IMG/VR virus record: IMGVR_UViG_3300020044_006097
Coordinates: 1-52,088 of that record
DNA length: 52,088 nt
From: a virus
Taxonomy: Duplodnaviria > Caudoviricetes
Reading direction: 5' to 3' (one strand)
Shown piece after piece: positions 1 to 10,648 of the stretch. The translations under genes were made by a program, and so were the position numbers. Within the stretch, counting starts at the first letter, position 1; each line of letters begins with the position of its first letter. The notes beneath the pieces were generated by a model. It saw only the letters and a program-made list of their open reading frames with translations. It was not told the DNA's origin and ran no database searches.

Positions 1-28
1 GCCCAAGCTTGGTTAGCTGCGATGCCAT
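1..28 (-). CDS. o-spanin (Rz1-like), 5' fragment running off the window
   Basis: ATG at 28 after an AGGAG RBS gives MASQLTKLG, matching MLSKLTKIG of 41055..41270. Confidence 0.6.
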
Positions 29-242
29 GATTTATCTCCTGCCTTTGCACGTTAGCTTCTTGAACTACCTCTTGCACATACACCTGAGAGGCCCGGTACG
101 CTGCAGCAGTCGCTTTTAGCTCTACTATAGTACCCTTGGCCTCAGACAGTTCAGATCGTGCCTGTATCAGCAGGTAAAGGCTTCCAGCGCTAACTAAAAG
201 CATGATGATAAACACAAGCACCAGTACTAGTCTAGCCTGCAT
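1..242 (-). CDS. i-spanin (Rz-like), partial
   Basis: Read by hand: MQARLVLVLVFIIMLLVSAGSLYLLIQARSELSEAKG..., an N-terminal TM helix plus coiled coil; orthologue of 41155..41484. Confidence 0.8.
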   Translation of the reverse strand, partial: MQARLVLVLVFIIMLLVSAGSLYLLIQARSELSEAKGTIVELKATAAAYRASQVYVQEVVQEANVQRQEINHGIAANQAW

Positions 243-723
243 AAACACCTCTCAAACAAAGAACAGTCTCTTCATGCCTACGTGTAATCAAACCAGGAAG
301 TACCTTACCCTTAGCGTACCGCCATCTAGGTAGCTGCTTACAGGCTGCCTCTAGGTCGCCTTGCTTAGCGAGCTTAGCTAGGGTACTACTGCATAGGTTA
401 CCCTCGCCTACGTTGAACGTGAAGCTGATTAGAGCCGCTTCGGTCTCCCTATGGAGGGTAGTACCTACGCAACGGTGTACAGCCTTCTGAGCGGTGCGTA
501 AGTCCTTTACAAAGAACTCTGTGCATTGCTCCTTAGAGAAGTGCTGACCTAACGCTAAGCGCGTACTGGTATGACCAACACATGCAGTAAGGATACCTAC
601 CGGGTCTACGTAGACCTTCTGCACCTCACCTTCGTACTTATAAGCTACAGAACCGCCCAGGGCTAATGCCCCGGACAGCCCAGCAGCAGCTAGTCTTGCT
701 TTGATCGCCATGACTTCACCCAT
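232..723 (-). CDS. SAR endolysin, GH24 lysozyme (start may be 711)
   Basis: Gly/Ala-rich N-terminal SAR segment, E-x8-D-x5-T triad (EGEVQKVYVDPVGILT), FNVG and GLxxRRxxE motifs. Confidence 0.92.
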   Translation of the reverse strand: MGEVMAIKARLAAAGLSGALALGGSVAYKYEGEVQKVYVDPVGILTACVGHTSTRLALGQHFSKEQCTEFFVKDLRTAQKAVHRCVGTTLHRETEAALISFTFNVGEGNLCSSTLAKLAKQGDLEAACKQLPRWRYAKGKVLPGLITRRHEETVLCLRGVYAG

Positions 724-896
724 GATTTGATCTGATTGTACGCCTTAGGCGCAGTGATGATAACTAGACAAATACCATAAACTAACATAACAATAGAAAC
801 TACATCCGCTATACTAACACCAGCAATATAAAGGGTACCATAGCCCACCATTGGGGCAGCTTTTGCAGTCTCGACTGCTACATCACTATGAATCAT
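690..896 (-). CDS. holin (pinholin-like)
   Basis: 68 aa, hydrophobic segments with a basic C-terminus, directly upstream of the SAR endolysin. Confidence 0.75.
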   Translation of the reverse strand: MIHSDVAVETAKAAPMVGYGTLYIAGVSIADVVSIVMLVYGICLVIITAPKAYNQIKSWVKSWRSKQD

Positions 897-2680
897 CTAC
901 TTAATCCTCTGCGTCTTAGCGCTTTAGGGGTACGTTTATCATTAACAGGTACTCTTCCAGTACCCATTGGGTCTTTAATGAAGGCTAATGCCTCCGCTTT
1001 AGCCCTAGCACGTTGGCATTTGTCCTCGTCTAGTACTAAATTAGGCGATAAGATACGTACCAGCATTTCTAAGGAGTCCAACCGATCATCTTTATTAAGG
1101 CAACTCCGGTCGGTAGTGATGTTGTGCATCTGATGAAACAGCGAACGGGTAACACGTTTGTCCATAGGGTACTGTTTTAGGTACTCTAAGTCCATATCTA
1201 AAGCTTTACGGTGCACTATCAAGCGATGGCGTTGGATAACAGGGCGTAACGTATCAATAATACGCTTCTCTTTCTGACCCGACGAGTGTATGTCAGAGAC
1301 GCCAACACCTGGTACACGTTGCCTACCGTTCTCACCAGCACCTAGGAAGTAATTAAGTACTAGTTTACCGACTACACCCGCACCCATGTTGTCTTCAATG
1401 TGTACCTGCTTAACGTTAAACGCTAGTACAAGCTCAGCTAGACGCTCTAAATTGTCATCTGATAGACCCCCGCGCAAACCACCAACACCGATTAAGTGTA
1501 TGTACGGCCCTATATTACCGCCAATAGAGAACGCAAGTTCATCACCACCGTCACCAGCGGGATCAACCGTCATTGTAATCTGGTTTAACGGTACAAACTT
1601 ATCGGACATAAAGCCAGGGCGGTACAGCTCAGGTTTAGATACGGGGAATGAAGCATCGAACTCTAAACGCAGTCTAGGCTCAGCGGCCCAACCAACTACC
1701 TCAGGTACATGCTCAGCGGTTAAATCGGCTACAATTAAGTCACGTAAGCGTAGCTGTTGCCGTGCCGCATCCATTAAGGATGTATCTAACATGTATTGAA
1801 GTTGGTAATACTCTGGACCACCTTCTAATTCCTTACCTTGTGCGGCTTCCTCATCATAACGTTCAGGGTCACTAACCCAACCACGTTGACCAGTTAAACC
1901 ACCACCAGACTGGCAGCGATCACCTAGGACTTGCATACGCTCAACAACAGCAGGAGCTAAGTGCTCGCCGTAGTGTTCCATTTCCTCTAACGTAGGGAAC
2001 CGCCCAGGCCAGATACGTACAGTGTAACCACGTGCTGGTAGGTTGTTGTAAATGGATTCCTTAGTTTGAGGCGTACCTAGGTACAGAATACGGCTACCTT
2101 TATCAGCACAGATAGCTGAGAACTCTTTAGTCAGATGCTCTAAGGTCTCGCGCTGCTTAGCTGTTAAACCATTCTTATTAGTCTCTACGTCATCGGGAAT
2201 CAATAAGTCAGCCCGATACCCCGCGATACCTGCGGTAATACCTTTACATACCACAGATGCAGATTTGTTGATACCCTTCAATACCCAGTGTACATCGAAT
2301 TCTAGGAGGGATGTTTTATCCCCTGCGGTACCATCAGGTGTTAGGTAATCAACTAACGGCATACGTTTAATAATCCGATAGATGAGCGTACCGTTTTCGG
2401 CGGCCTTATCCTCACCGCCTGATACTAGCATAACCCGTTTACTGGGGTCTTGTATCAAAGTCCATACCGCGAAGATACACGCAATAGTACTTTTAGCCTC
2501 ACCACGCTGAGCTGACACCATCGCCAGCTCAGGGCAGTCTTGCATAAAGTTAGCTATATCCCGCTGCATCCACGTCATCTTGAAGTTAAGGAACGTCATC
2601 ACGTACTCACAGAAGTCCACGAACCGGGGGTACAGCTCCTTAACTAGTATTGCTTTCTGAATGCGTTCCTCAGGGGTCAT
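893..2680 (-). CDS. terL: terminase large subunit
   Basis: Walker A AQRGEAKST, Walker B LLIPDDVE, LGTPQ motif, nuclease DPAGxGGDE and DDRLD; T7 gp19 family. Confidence 0.95.
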   Translation of the reverse strand: MTPEERIQKAILVKELYPRFVDFCEYVMTFLNFKMTWMQRDIANFMQDCPELAMVSAQRGEAKSTIACIFAVWTLIQDPSKRVMLVSGGEDKAAENGTLIYRIIKRMPLVDYLTPDGTAGDKTSLLEFDVHWVLKGINKSASVVCKGITAGIAGYRADLLIPDDVETNKNGLTAKQRETLEHLTKEFSAICADKGSRILYLGTPQTKESIYNNLPARGYTVRIWPGRFPTLEEMEHYGEHLAPAVVERMQVLGDRCQSGGGLTGQRGWVSDPERYDEEAAQGKELEGGPEYYQLQYMLDTSLMDAARQQLRLRDLIVADLTAEHVPEVVGWAAEPRLRLEFDASFPVSKPELYRPGFMSDKFVPLNQITMTVDPAGDGGDELAFSIGGNIGPYIHLIGVGGLRGGLSDDNLERLAELVLAFNVKQVHIEDNMGAGVVGKLVLNYFLGAGENGRQRVPGVGVSDIHSSGQKEKRIIDTLRPVIQRHRLIVHRKALDMDLEYLKQYPMDKRVTRSLFHQMHNITTDRSCLNKDDRLDSLEMLVRILSPNLVLDEDKCQRARAKAEALAFIKDPMGTGRVPVNDKRTPKALRRRGLSR

Positions 2681-2976
2681 TGTATAACACCACTATAGAG
2701 TCTTAATATATCCGCCTCAGACTCTTTGACAGCAGCTAAGGCGGAACCTGTGCGTGCCCCTTTCTCAACCAACTGCTCACGTAAAGCGGTGAGCGCGTCA
2801 GTATCGCCAGGGGTGTACGCCATGTTGTTAATTTGAAGAAAACGAATAATTGCTGCTTTATCGGCAGCAGGTATTGGTAGCCCTTCAGCTACCGCTACCT
2901 TAACCTCATTGAGTAGTTGTTGGGTGAATAAACCAAACAACTCTTCAAGTTGGCTACCTACATCATTGTTTGGCAT
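2677..2976 (-). CDS. terS: terminase small subunit
   Basis: 99 aa, overlaps the terL start; PAADKAAIIRFLQINN resembles the T7 gp18-like motif. Confidence 0.82.
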   Translation of the reverse strand: MPNNDVGSQLEELFGLFTQQLLNEVKVAVAEGLPIPAADKAAIIRFLQINNMAYTPGDTDALTALREQLVEKGARTGSALAAVKESEADILRLYSGVIQ

Positions 2977-3014
2977 AGTAATATCCTTGACTGTTAAATT
3001 TTAAGCAGTATCGA

Positions 3015-5045
3015 TCATGTCTTGATCTGAGTTATACATATATCAATTGATCGCGGATCAACTTGTGTTGATGTTGCGCCGTTTTGCGCATAGAAAACGA
3101 TGCGCATGTTTGAGCTGGACCTAGATAACATTGACCAGCCACCCATGTGCCCGCTTGCATTTGTGTCGAGTGAAATTGACACGGAATACGTAGGCATTGT
3201 AGCGGGGAGTGTTATAGTATAATCTCCGACTCCAGTTCGCGCAAAATTAGAAGCGGTTAAATAGTCACTAACAACGATAAATGCAGACCCATTCCAATAG
3301 AATTGAGCAGAGATAGATAGTGGTTTTTTGTTGTAATAATCTCGCAGGTTTTTATTGCCTACACTACCTGCAAAATAAGCAACGGAGTTTTTCGTTCCTA
3401 AGTCAGATAGAATTTTGGATTCGGTGTTGTCATGATAAAACGGACGAACAACATTGTTGTCTGCTGTAGAGTCGAGTTTGATCAAAAAATCCATACTTGA
3501 ATCACGCGTCTCAATATATCCACCTTCAATTCTATTTTCATAACCGGCCAATCTATAGCAGTAAACAGGGTCAGAATCCCCAGCTCCAGCCATCATATCT
3601 TGTATTAGATTATCAATAAAAGATGATCCAGTTCCATACTGAGATTCTTGAGATATTGCCATACCGCATGTTTGTATATCCATGTTCGCGATAATTGTTT
3701 TATATGCTGCTGAAGCAGGGCTTAGGGTGCTATCGTCGATTACAACGGCTTTTTTTATCCACCAGCTTTTACTATCCCTGTTTGTGTGAACCTCGCCACC
3801 AGCGTAGGCTGGGTCAGAGCCTGACACATTCCCGTAAACGTACCCATAGCCCCTGACGGCTTGCGATTTTACCCCTGCGTTTGGATAAAGCGCAGCCGAA
3901 ACCCCAAACCGATAATTGCCGACATAGGTATTACTTGAGTCTGTGCGTGTTATATTTCGGAAATCAAAACCTATTTGGATGTTTGCAGGGATTGATGACT
4001 GATGAATATGATTGAGATAAACAGCAAAATCATTACACTTTACATTTGTAACGTAAGAGTTCGATGATAATGGGTTAAAGCTTCTTTTTATCACGCTCCC
4101 AGACGTATTATATTTTGCAAGAAGCGCAGACTTTTCTGTCCCATATCCGCGCAACACAGTGTTTGACTGCAATATGATGCTTACGGACGGATCGATTATA
4201 TACGTACCAAGAAACCTAACTGGCAGGCCAGTTGCAATACATGTGTTAAATGCGGACGTGCTGTCAGGAGTGTATAGCAGGGTGATCGGTTCTGCTCCGG
4301 CCTGCGTTACGTCTATTTCTTCCATGTTTAGTCTTCTGAAATACCCCCCCGATCCAGCAAATGTTATAGCATTATCATATGTTGTTGACCCTGCAACGCC
4401 AACTAGGTCACCGCCACCAAACCCAGTCCCTGCATGATACTCTTTAAGATAATAAGTCCTCCCTACTACTACTGGTGTTGATGCTAGTGCAGCTACATTA
4501 GGTATTACTTGCAGCCTATCAGCTATATCAGCGGCATCTAAGTAGGTCGCCTCCACATTTGACAATCTAATATCTAATGCAGGTACGCTGCTGGCACTAG
4601 GCTCCACTGCTAAGGGTTGCCCATCCGCCCCAAACCCGAGTAGCTTGTTAGCGCGATTATCTGGTATAGGGTTAATGGGTGTAGTGGCACGTAACGTCCG
4701 CAAATAGTTGGTAGCATTATTTTTAAATTCCGCCCACGCTTCCTGAAAAGCGTAAAGGAGTGCCTTCCAATTAAAATCGGAATAGCGCGTTAAGAACGGT
4801 ACGCCATCTGTAAACACATAGGGTACTACCGTTGCATCGGTGTTGCGGAATACCCGGACCCGCGCCCCATTAGCTGGGGCCGGGGTTACACTGACTATAC
4901 CTGATGTTGCAAATGTAAAGCTGACAAGTACCTCATCGACACTTACAGCTACATCACCTGCATTTAAATAGTCGAAACCAATGGCAAACTGAGTTGTAGT
5001 GCCATTACCTGTATAAACATTATCAGTTGTTGGCACTATAGCCAT
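3015..5045 (-). CDS. tail fibre/tail spike with T7-gp17-like anchor and probable beta-helix depolymerase
   Basis: N-terminal YTGNGTTTQFAIGFDYL...VRVFRNT anchor; pectate-lyase-3-like start (VTQAGA...DSTSAFN); AT-richer C-terminal part. Confidence 0.88.
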   Translation of the reverse strand: MAIVPTTDNVYTGNGTTTQFAIGFDYLNAGDVAVSVDEVLVSFTFATSGIVSVTPAPANGARVRVFRNTDATVVPYVFTDGVPFLTRYSDFNWKALLYAFQEAWAEFKNNATNYLRTLRATTPINPIPDNRANKLLGFGADGQPLAVEPSASSVPALDIRLSNVEATYLDAADIADRLQVIPNVAALASTPVVVGRTYYLKEYHAGTGFGGGDLVGVAGSTTYDNAITFAGSGGYFRRLNMEEIDVTQAGAEPITLLYTPDSTSAFNTCIATGLPVRFLGTYIIDPSVSIILQSNTVLRGYGTEKSALLAKYNTSGSVIKRSFNPLSSNSYVTNVKCNDFAVYLNHIHQSSIPANIQIGFDFRNITRTDSSNTYVGNYRFGVSAALYPNAGVKSQAVRGYGYVYGNVSGSDPAYAGGEVHTNRDSKSWWIKKAVVIDDSTLSPASAAYKTIIANMDIQTCGMAISQESQYGTGSSFIDNLIQDMMAGAGDSDPVYCYRLAGYENRIEGGYIETRDSSMDFLIKLDSTADNNVVRPFYHDNTESKILSDLGTKNSVAYFAGSVGNKNLRDYYNKKPLSISAQFYWNGSAFIVVSDYLTASNFARTGVGDYTITLPATMPTYSVSISLDTNASGHMGGWSMLSRSSSNMRIVFYAQNGATSTQVDPRSIDICITQIKT

Positions 5046-5049
5046 GTGA

Positions 5050-8000
5050 TCAATCCTCTTTCATTGCGTTAATTGCGTAAGTAGTACCCGGTATAGCACC
5101 GAGCACTGGGATCAGTGCAGCGCTACCTTTTACAACACCAGGTAATGTCTCATCATCATCCTTAGGGTCATCATTGAATTGCTTAGCTACACCGCCTACT
5201 ATATGTGCAGGCGCGCTAGCAGCGGCCAATAACGGGGCACTTAAACCACCTCGCCCAGTAACACCGAGTATACCAGCCAAATCACCCGCAAAGCCTAAAC
5301 CCGCAGTATAGCCTATAGCTTTCTTAGCTAGTTCCTTTTGATAATCCTCATCACTAAGGTCCCCTAAGGCACCCTTACGGGCTTCGTTAGCGGTCACCAT
5401 TAGAAGTGTGGCCGGGTACTGGTAGGATAGGAGTATTGCATAAGCCATAGGACCCTGATTGTGCAAAGTACCACGCATCAGCTTATTATTGGCTAAACTT
5501 ACGAAACTACGGAATTGGCCTAATACTTGGCCAACCGCAGTACGGGAGAAAGCCGCGCCTTGGCCGGTACGCCCAAATAGGATAGTATCGTCGACATACC
5601 GTAGTACAGTATCTACTACAGCATCAGCATCTGTTCTTTTCCAGGTATCCCAGTTCATACTACGCACTGGCCCTGTATTATCCACATATGTGACTTTCCC
5701 GCCGTTCCGGGCAATAATCCCGTCCCAGTCCAAGTCCTTACTATAAGACTTTAGTACAGCTAAGGCTTCAGTATCCCCACGCATAGCCTTTGCGGTGGTG
5801 CTTATAGCTAAGTTACTAACAACCCGTACCTGATGACTATGCACGTACTTCATCGCAGTAATGAACGGCATAGCCTGCTTACCCATATGTAGCACACGGT
5901 CTATTGCTGAATTATTAGCCGCTACAAAGGTATCGTGCTGAGCATTAAATGGCCTAAAGCGTATATCCCTAGTGAGGTCTACGTTCATTAAGTGTTTAAG
6001 CTCATCAGCCATATCGGGGGTCATACCCTGTAAGGTTTGCCTAAATCCAGGCAAGGCTTTAAACATATGCTTGGCTGTCTCAAACACACCGAAGCGGGCT
6101 GCTACAGTAGCGTACTCCGCAGCCTGCCAAACACCCTGGGCCGCTAACATGGTGGTGTTAGCTAACGCAGCAGCACGTGCCGCATTTGGGCCAAGTATAT
6201 TACGATCTGGTATAGCACCAGTGAAGTCCCCTAACATGGCGTCAAACTGTTGGATAGCCTCATCATACTGTGCCTTTGGTAAGTCTGCTATAGTTTTGGT
6301 AAATTCATTTCTAAAGCTGCCAATTTCAGCATCATCTCTACCAATCCCAGCCTTAGCTAATGCAGCACGACCATTCATAGCAGATAAGTAGTTACCATTA
6401 ATACGGCTTAGGTTAGTATCTAGTAAGTCAATCATACGGAGCACCGACCCATCTGCTGCGCGATATTGCGCTGTAAGGTCCATAGGGATGCGCTTACGTG
6501 CGTACTTAACTACCCCTTTCTCACCTAATTTAGACTCTAGGCGGGATGTAATGGCGACCTTATCTGCCTCCTTCATAGAACTCTTTGATATCAAGTCTAT
6601 TAGGGAGTCAGTATCAATCCTACCTAGCATGCCCATAAAGTCGGTGTTCATACCAGCTTCTTTAGCAATAGCGCGATCAATCCATGCACGTGCAATGGCA
6701 CCAGCATCAGCCTCGTCAATCCCCTTTATGCCCCCCATAATGGCCTGCCGTACTACACCAGTCACAGCCTTCTTGCCGAAACGGGCATCAGTTTGGAATG
6801 CCCTAATCTTATCTGGCATAGCAACACGGTGCACATAACCCGGACGTGGTGTGAAAGCTTCAAAACCAGGTAGGTTAGCCTCCTGTGAGGTCTTACCACT
6901 GCGATTCATCGTAGCTTCTTGTTGAGCCACTAACTTACGTATATTAGGTGCTAGGTTGGGGTTATCTGTAGCGTATCCAAAATTGTTGAACTCCGCATCC
7001 CGTCTAGCAATTTCTGCGTACACCTCAACCTGTAGAGCATCCCGGTCGCGTGTATAACTACCATTTAGGTCTGTAGTACGAGAGAGGAAACTGTGCCCAT
7101 AGGAAGCAGCTAACTCGTCATCTAGCATTTTATCGAACGCAATCTTATCCCCCTCGCTAATGTTATTTAATCTACGGTGGATACTGGCTGCGTTATCAGA
7201 CTGGAAGTAATCTTCACGACGTAGTGGGTCATCTACCATCTTCTTCATATGCGCCCTAGCAGCGGGGGTAGGTGCTACAGCATCAGCCTCCGATGTAAAA
7301 CGGGCAATAGCACCAGCCCGGTCTGTGCTCTTACCACCAAACCAATTACGTTGACCGGTAGCAATCTGCCTACCAACCTCACCACCGAACAAGCCGAACG
7401 CTGCGCCGGATAAGGCAGCGGTAGCAGCGTATTCCCAAACATCAACTTCTTTACCAGCAGCATCCGCAGCGCCTAGTACACCCACGTTAGCAGAGGCACC
7501 TGCAACAGCAGAGGCCATACGGCCCATACGCAATGCACGGGTTGCGCCAAATGTAGCTATATCTGCAACTAAAGTAGCAGGGTCTACCATACCAGTGGCA
7601 AATGCTATGGCACCATGCTCTTGGAGCACTTGCATATCAAAGCTGTGTTGCTTCAAACGCTTAGCTACCGCTGTCATATCCTGAGTAGTACCAGCCTCTC
7701 CTAGCGCTGATAGGTTCTCGTCTGATAGGGGTAGAGCGTACTCTTCCAGTAACGAGCGCGCTAACTCCCCACGGTTCAGGGTAGGATCGATCTCAGAGAA
7801 TTCACTAGATACTTGATTGTTCAGTAACACGTTACTAATAAAGTGCGTGTTGGTGTTACGACGAAAAGCATCCCACTTCTCCCGAGCACTGAACTCAGTA
7901 GTCAGGGTTAGTAAAGCTTGTTGCTCGGCTTGTGCATTTAGTACATCAGTTTGTACAGTACCACCAGTGAACGCTGTGGGTGCTGCTATCAACTCTGCAC

Positions 8001-8067
8001 CCGTCTGGGCATTATCTACCTTAGAGAGTAACTCTTCAGGTGTAAATACTGTGTCAATGGTGGCCAT
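5050..8067 (-). CDS. internal virion (ejectosome) protein C
   Basis: 1005 aa, last of three internal virion genes before the tail fibre; GQVLGQFRSF-type motif seen in gp16-like proteins. Confidence 0.8.
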   Translation of the reverse strand: MATIDTVFTPEELLSKVDNAQTGAELIAAPTAFTGGTVQTDVLNAQAEQQALLTLTTEFSAREKWDAFRRNTNTHFISNVLLNNQVSSEFSEIDPTLNRGELARSLLEEYALPLSDENLSALGEAGTTQDMTAVAKRLKQHSFDMQVLQEHGAIAFATGMVDPATLVADIATFGATRALRMGRMASAVAGASANVGVLGAADAAGKEVDVWEYAATAALSGAAFGLFGGEVGRQIATGQRNWFGGKSTDRAGAIARFTSEADAVAPTPAARAHMKKMVDDPLRREDYFQSDNAASIHRRLNNISEGDKIAFDKMLDDELAASYGHSFLSRTTDLNGSYTRDRDALQVEVYAEIARRDAEFNNFGYATDNPNLAPNIRKLVAQQEATMNRSGKTSQEANLPGFEAFTPRPGYVHRVAMPDKIRAFQTDARFGKKAVTGVVRQAIMGGIKGIDEADAGAIARAWIDRAIAKEAGMNTDFMGMLGRIDTDSLIDLISKSSMKEADKVAITSRLESKLGEKGVVKYARKRIPMDLTAQYRAADGSVLRMIDLLDTNLSRINGNYLSAMNGRAALAKAGIGRDDAEIGSFRNEFTKTIADLPKAQYDEAIQQFDAMLGDFTGAIPDRNILGPNAARAAALANTTMLAAQGVWQAAEYATVAARFGVFETAKHMFKALPGFRQTLQGMTPDMADELKHLMNVDLTRDIRFRPFNAQHDTFVAANNSAIDRVLHMGKQAMPFITAMKYVHSHQVRVVSNLAISTTAKAMRGDTEALAVLKSYSKDLDWDGIIARNGGKVTYVDNTGPVRSMNWDTWKRTDADAVVDTVLRYVDDTILFGRTGQGAAFSRTAVGQVLGQFRSFVSLANNKLMRGTLHNQGPMAYAILLSYQYPATLLMVTANEARKGALGDLSDEDYQKELAKKAIGYTAGLGFAGDLAGILGVTGRGGLSAPLLAAASAPAHIVGGVAKQFNDDPKDDDETLPGVVKGSAALIPVLGAIPGTTYAINAMKED
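5681..5695 (-). promoter_or_regulatory. putative phage RNAP late promoter upstream of the tail fibre
   Basis: AGTCACATATGTGGA, identical to the copies at 15709, 18301 and 47276. Confidence 0.75.
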
Positions 8068-8076
8068 ATAAACCTC

Positions 8077-10635
8077 TTAGTTAGATTGCCAATACTCTGT
8101 ACTACCGAATGTAGCTTTAAAGTTGTCAGGGTTTGCGATAGGTAATGCTTGGCGTAGCTTCTGCTGTAATACAGGGCTAGTCACTAAACTCAATGCTTCG
8201 TTAAACGCTTCCTTGTCACCGGCTGCTATAGCAGCATCAGCAGCTTCTACAACTGCCTGCATCTTATCAGCACCTTCTACGTAAACCGCTGCTACAACAG
8301 CAGCCTTGGCTTGTGGGTGTGTATAGTGCGGAGATACAAAGCGTTTGGTTGCAGCTACCGCTACATCAGTATCCTCACGGAAGGCTTTCTGCGCGTTAGC
8401 TCGCCCTGCGAAAGTTGCTACCTTATCAGGCGCTACTTCATTGATAAACAACCGTGCGTTCTGTACAACAACCTTAGCCTCGCCTTGACTATTTCGCCCG
8501 TCAATGTGGAGGGTACCCGCAGACGTCTGTACTGGTGTACCAATGGTCTGAGATAAGCTAGCATCAAGTAAAGCCTGCTGCTTCTCTAACACTTTAGCCC
8601 GTACTGCCTCTACAGGTATAGCCGCTGTAGTAATGTAGTGCCCATCAGGTAATTGCTCGTCTTGTACAAAGGATTTATTAACCTTATCCCAGCGTACAAT
8701 ACTAGTAGCACCCTCTAAGCTAGGTGGGGCCAGTTCAATTAAGGCCTTACCTATAGCACTAGCATCTGCGTTAGCACCAAACAGTTTACCTATAGATGTA
8801 TCTGCATCCAGAATAACTGGACGGACATCCCTAGAGTCAGGGGTTACAGGTACTGGGATGGTACGGTTGTAAACTTTACCTACTGCAATCCGCACTTTAT
8901 CCTCTTCGGATGCACCCCAGTACGCTGGGTTTGAATCCATACGATTTAACTCAGCCCATACATTATCTTTTACAGGGATATCTGTGAAGGTAGAATCCTT
9001 ATGGAACCGCCCACCCCACGTGGTATCAAAGGCGCCCTCATCCTGTATAGTGCTGCGATGTTCATCCCACCAGGTTTGTTTAGTTCTTGCTAACTGGGCG
9101 GGGGTCTGTGCCTTCACCTCTGCTTCTTTGGCAAGGAAGGTACGTAAGGCAGTAGTAGGCTCTACCCCGAACTTAGCCTGCCCCAGGATGTAGGACATAG
9201 CCCCTTGTGTATCATCAGGTAAAGCACCTAACAGTACACTACCCTTAGCGGGGTCGGTCTGCATAGCTGTACTGACTATACTAGTTACAGTGTTGAGGGT
9301 GTCTGTGTATACAGGGTTGGTTTCAGCATCAGGAGAGGTTGCACCAACTGCACGCAAAGCCTGCCCAACGGATTCCCCATATTGGGCAGGGAATGTACCA
9401 AAACGCAAACCAGCTTTAGTAAGTACAACCAACCTCTCAGTAGTACCTACACCAGTTTTACGTAGCAAGGTATCTACCTTAGTTAAAGCCTCTTTCGGAC
9501 CGCCATGCTGCCATACGCCCTCGGGCCCATCTTCAATACCTCGGTTCACAGCGTTTAGTAAAGCTTCGTGCGAGCTTTTATCTGCCCCATTGCGTTCTGC
9601 TTCCCGTAGTAAAGCGATACCCCGAGACACGCTATAAACAGGGGGGTTACGGCTCATCCCATCTTCAACATGATCTGCGAACTCATCTAGGCTAATATCG
9701 CCTTTGATACCAGCATCTTCCATAGCCGCGAAGTGTGCAGTTTCAGCCGCAAAGTCCTTAGCCTTTGTCCTATCTTTACTGGCGCGCAGGTTATCAATAA
9801 CCTTCTCACGCTTATCAAATGCTAAATTGTCTAAGAGGCCCGCATCTAACATAGCCTCTACAGGCTCACGTTGATCCGCTGCAATTAAAGCATTGACGAA
9901 CTTCTCCCCGATCTCCTGCCGTAGTTCCTTAGGTACATCAGTGTTTGCTACTATACTCTGGTAATAAACTACCGCACGACCTTTAGTCGCATCATAAGTC
10001 ATACCATCATTAGCTAGCATGGCATTACCAAGCTCGGATATGATGCTGTTACCTTCGGGGGTAATCTTACGCACAGCCTCTTCTATGATATGCTTACGAT
10101 GCGCAGTGTAGTGCTTACTTACTCGCGCAGCGCTAGCTTGAGAAGCACCAGCCAATAGACTAATCTCCCCATTGCGGGTTAAGCCCCCATTACTGGATAG
10201 GTCTAATACCTGTGCGTTCCCGCGTGTCAGGTACTCCTTGACTTTAGGATCATCTGGGCTTAGTGTCTTACCCTCGGTCTCTAACCAGCGATTGTACTCT
10301 TGATCAAACTCTGCGGTCTTGATACGTGCATCTGCATCATTAAACCCACCTTGGGCAAATGGTCGCATAATAGGGTCTACATCCATAGACTCAATGGCGT
10401 TACCTTGTTGCCGAGCAAGCTCCCCTTTTATGTACGTGGTCTTTACATCATGCTGGAACTTGTCAAGGGCGATCCCCTGCCCCATACGTAGTAGTCCCTG
10501 TAAAGCTACATCAGCGGTACTTGGACCTTCTGGTTGAAAATCCACTGTGTCAACTGTACCTTGATAACCCTCTGCATTTGTAGCCAGGACGCCACGGCTG
10601 AGGCCCAACGCCTGCTCATTTCTTCTTTGGACCAT
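8077..10635 (-). CDS. internal virion protein B
   Basis: 852 aa helical protein in the gp15-equivalent position. Confidence 0.75.
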   Translation of the reverse strand: MVQRRNEQALGLSRGVLATNAEGYQGTVDTVDFQPEGPSTADVALQGLLRMGQGIALDKFQHDVKTTYIKGELARQQGNAIESMDVDPIMRPFAQGGFNDADARIKTAEFDQEYNRWLETEGKTLSPDDPKVKEYLTRGNAQVLDLSSNGGLTRNGEISLLAGASQASAARVSKHYTAHRKHIIEEAVRKITPEGNSIISELGNAMLANDGMTYDATKGRAVVYYQSIVANTDVPKELRQEIGEKFVNALIAADQREPVEAMLDAGLLDNLAFDKREKVIDNLRASKDRTKAKDFAAETAHFAAMEDAGIKGDISLDEFADHVEDGMSRNPPVYSVSRGIALLREAERNGADKSSHEALLNAVNRGIEDGPEGVWQHGGPKEALTKVDTLLRKTGVGTTERLVVLTKAGLRFGTFPAQYGESVGQALRAVGATSPDAETNPVYTDTLNTVTSIVSTAMQTDPAKGSVLLGALPDDTQGAMSYILGQAKFGVEPTTALRTFLAKEAEVKAQTPAQLARTKQTWWDEHRSTIQDEGAFDTTWGGRFHKDSTFTDIPVKDNVWAELNRMDSNPAYWGASEEDKVRIAVGKVYNRTIPVPVTPDSRDVRPVILDADTSIGKLFGANADASAIGKALIELAPPSLEGATSIVRWDKVNKSFVQDEQLPDGHYITTAAIPVEAVRAKVLEKQQALLDASLSQTIGTPVQTSAGTLHIDGRNSQGEAKVVVQNARLFINEVAPDKVATFAGRANAQKAFREDTDVAVAATKRFVSPHYTHPQAKAAVVAAVYVEGADKMQAVVEAADAAIAAGDKEAFNEALSLVTSPVLQQKLRQALPIANPDNFKATFGSTEYWQSN

Positions 10636-10648
10636 TGTGGCCTCCTAG

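Noticed and set aside
2977-3014. Possible tail-fibre remnant (SILLKI*) between tail spike A and terS
   Set aside because: Too short to distinguish from chance.
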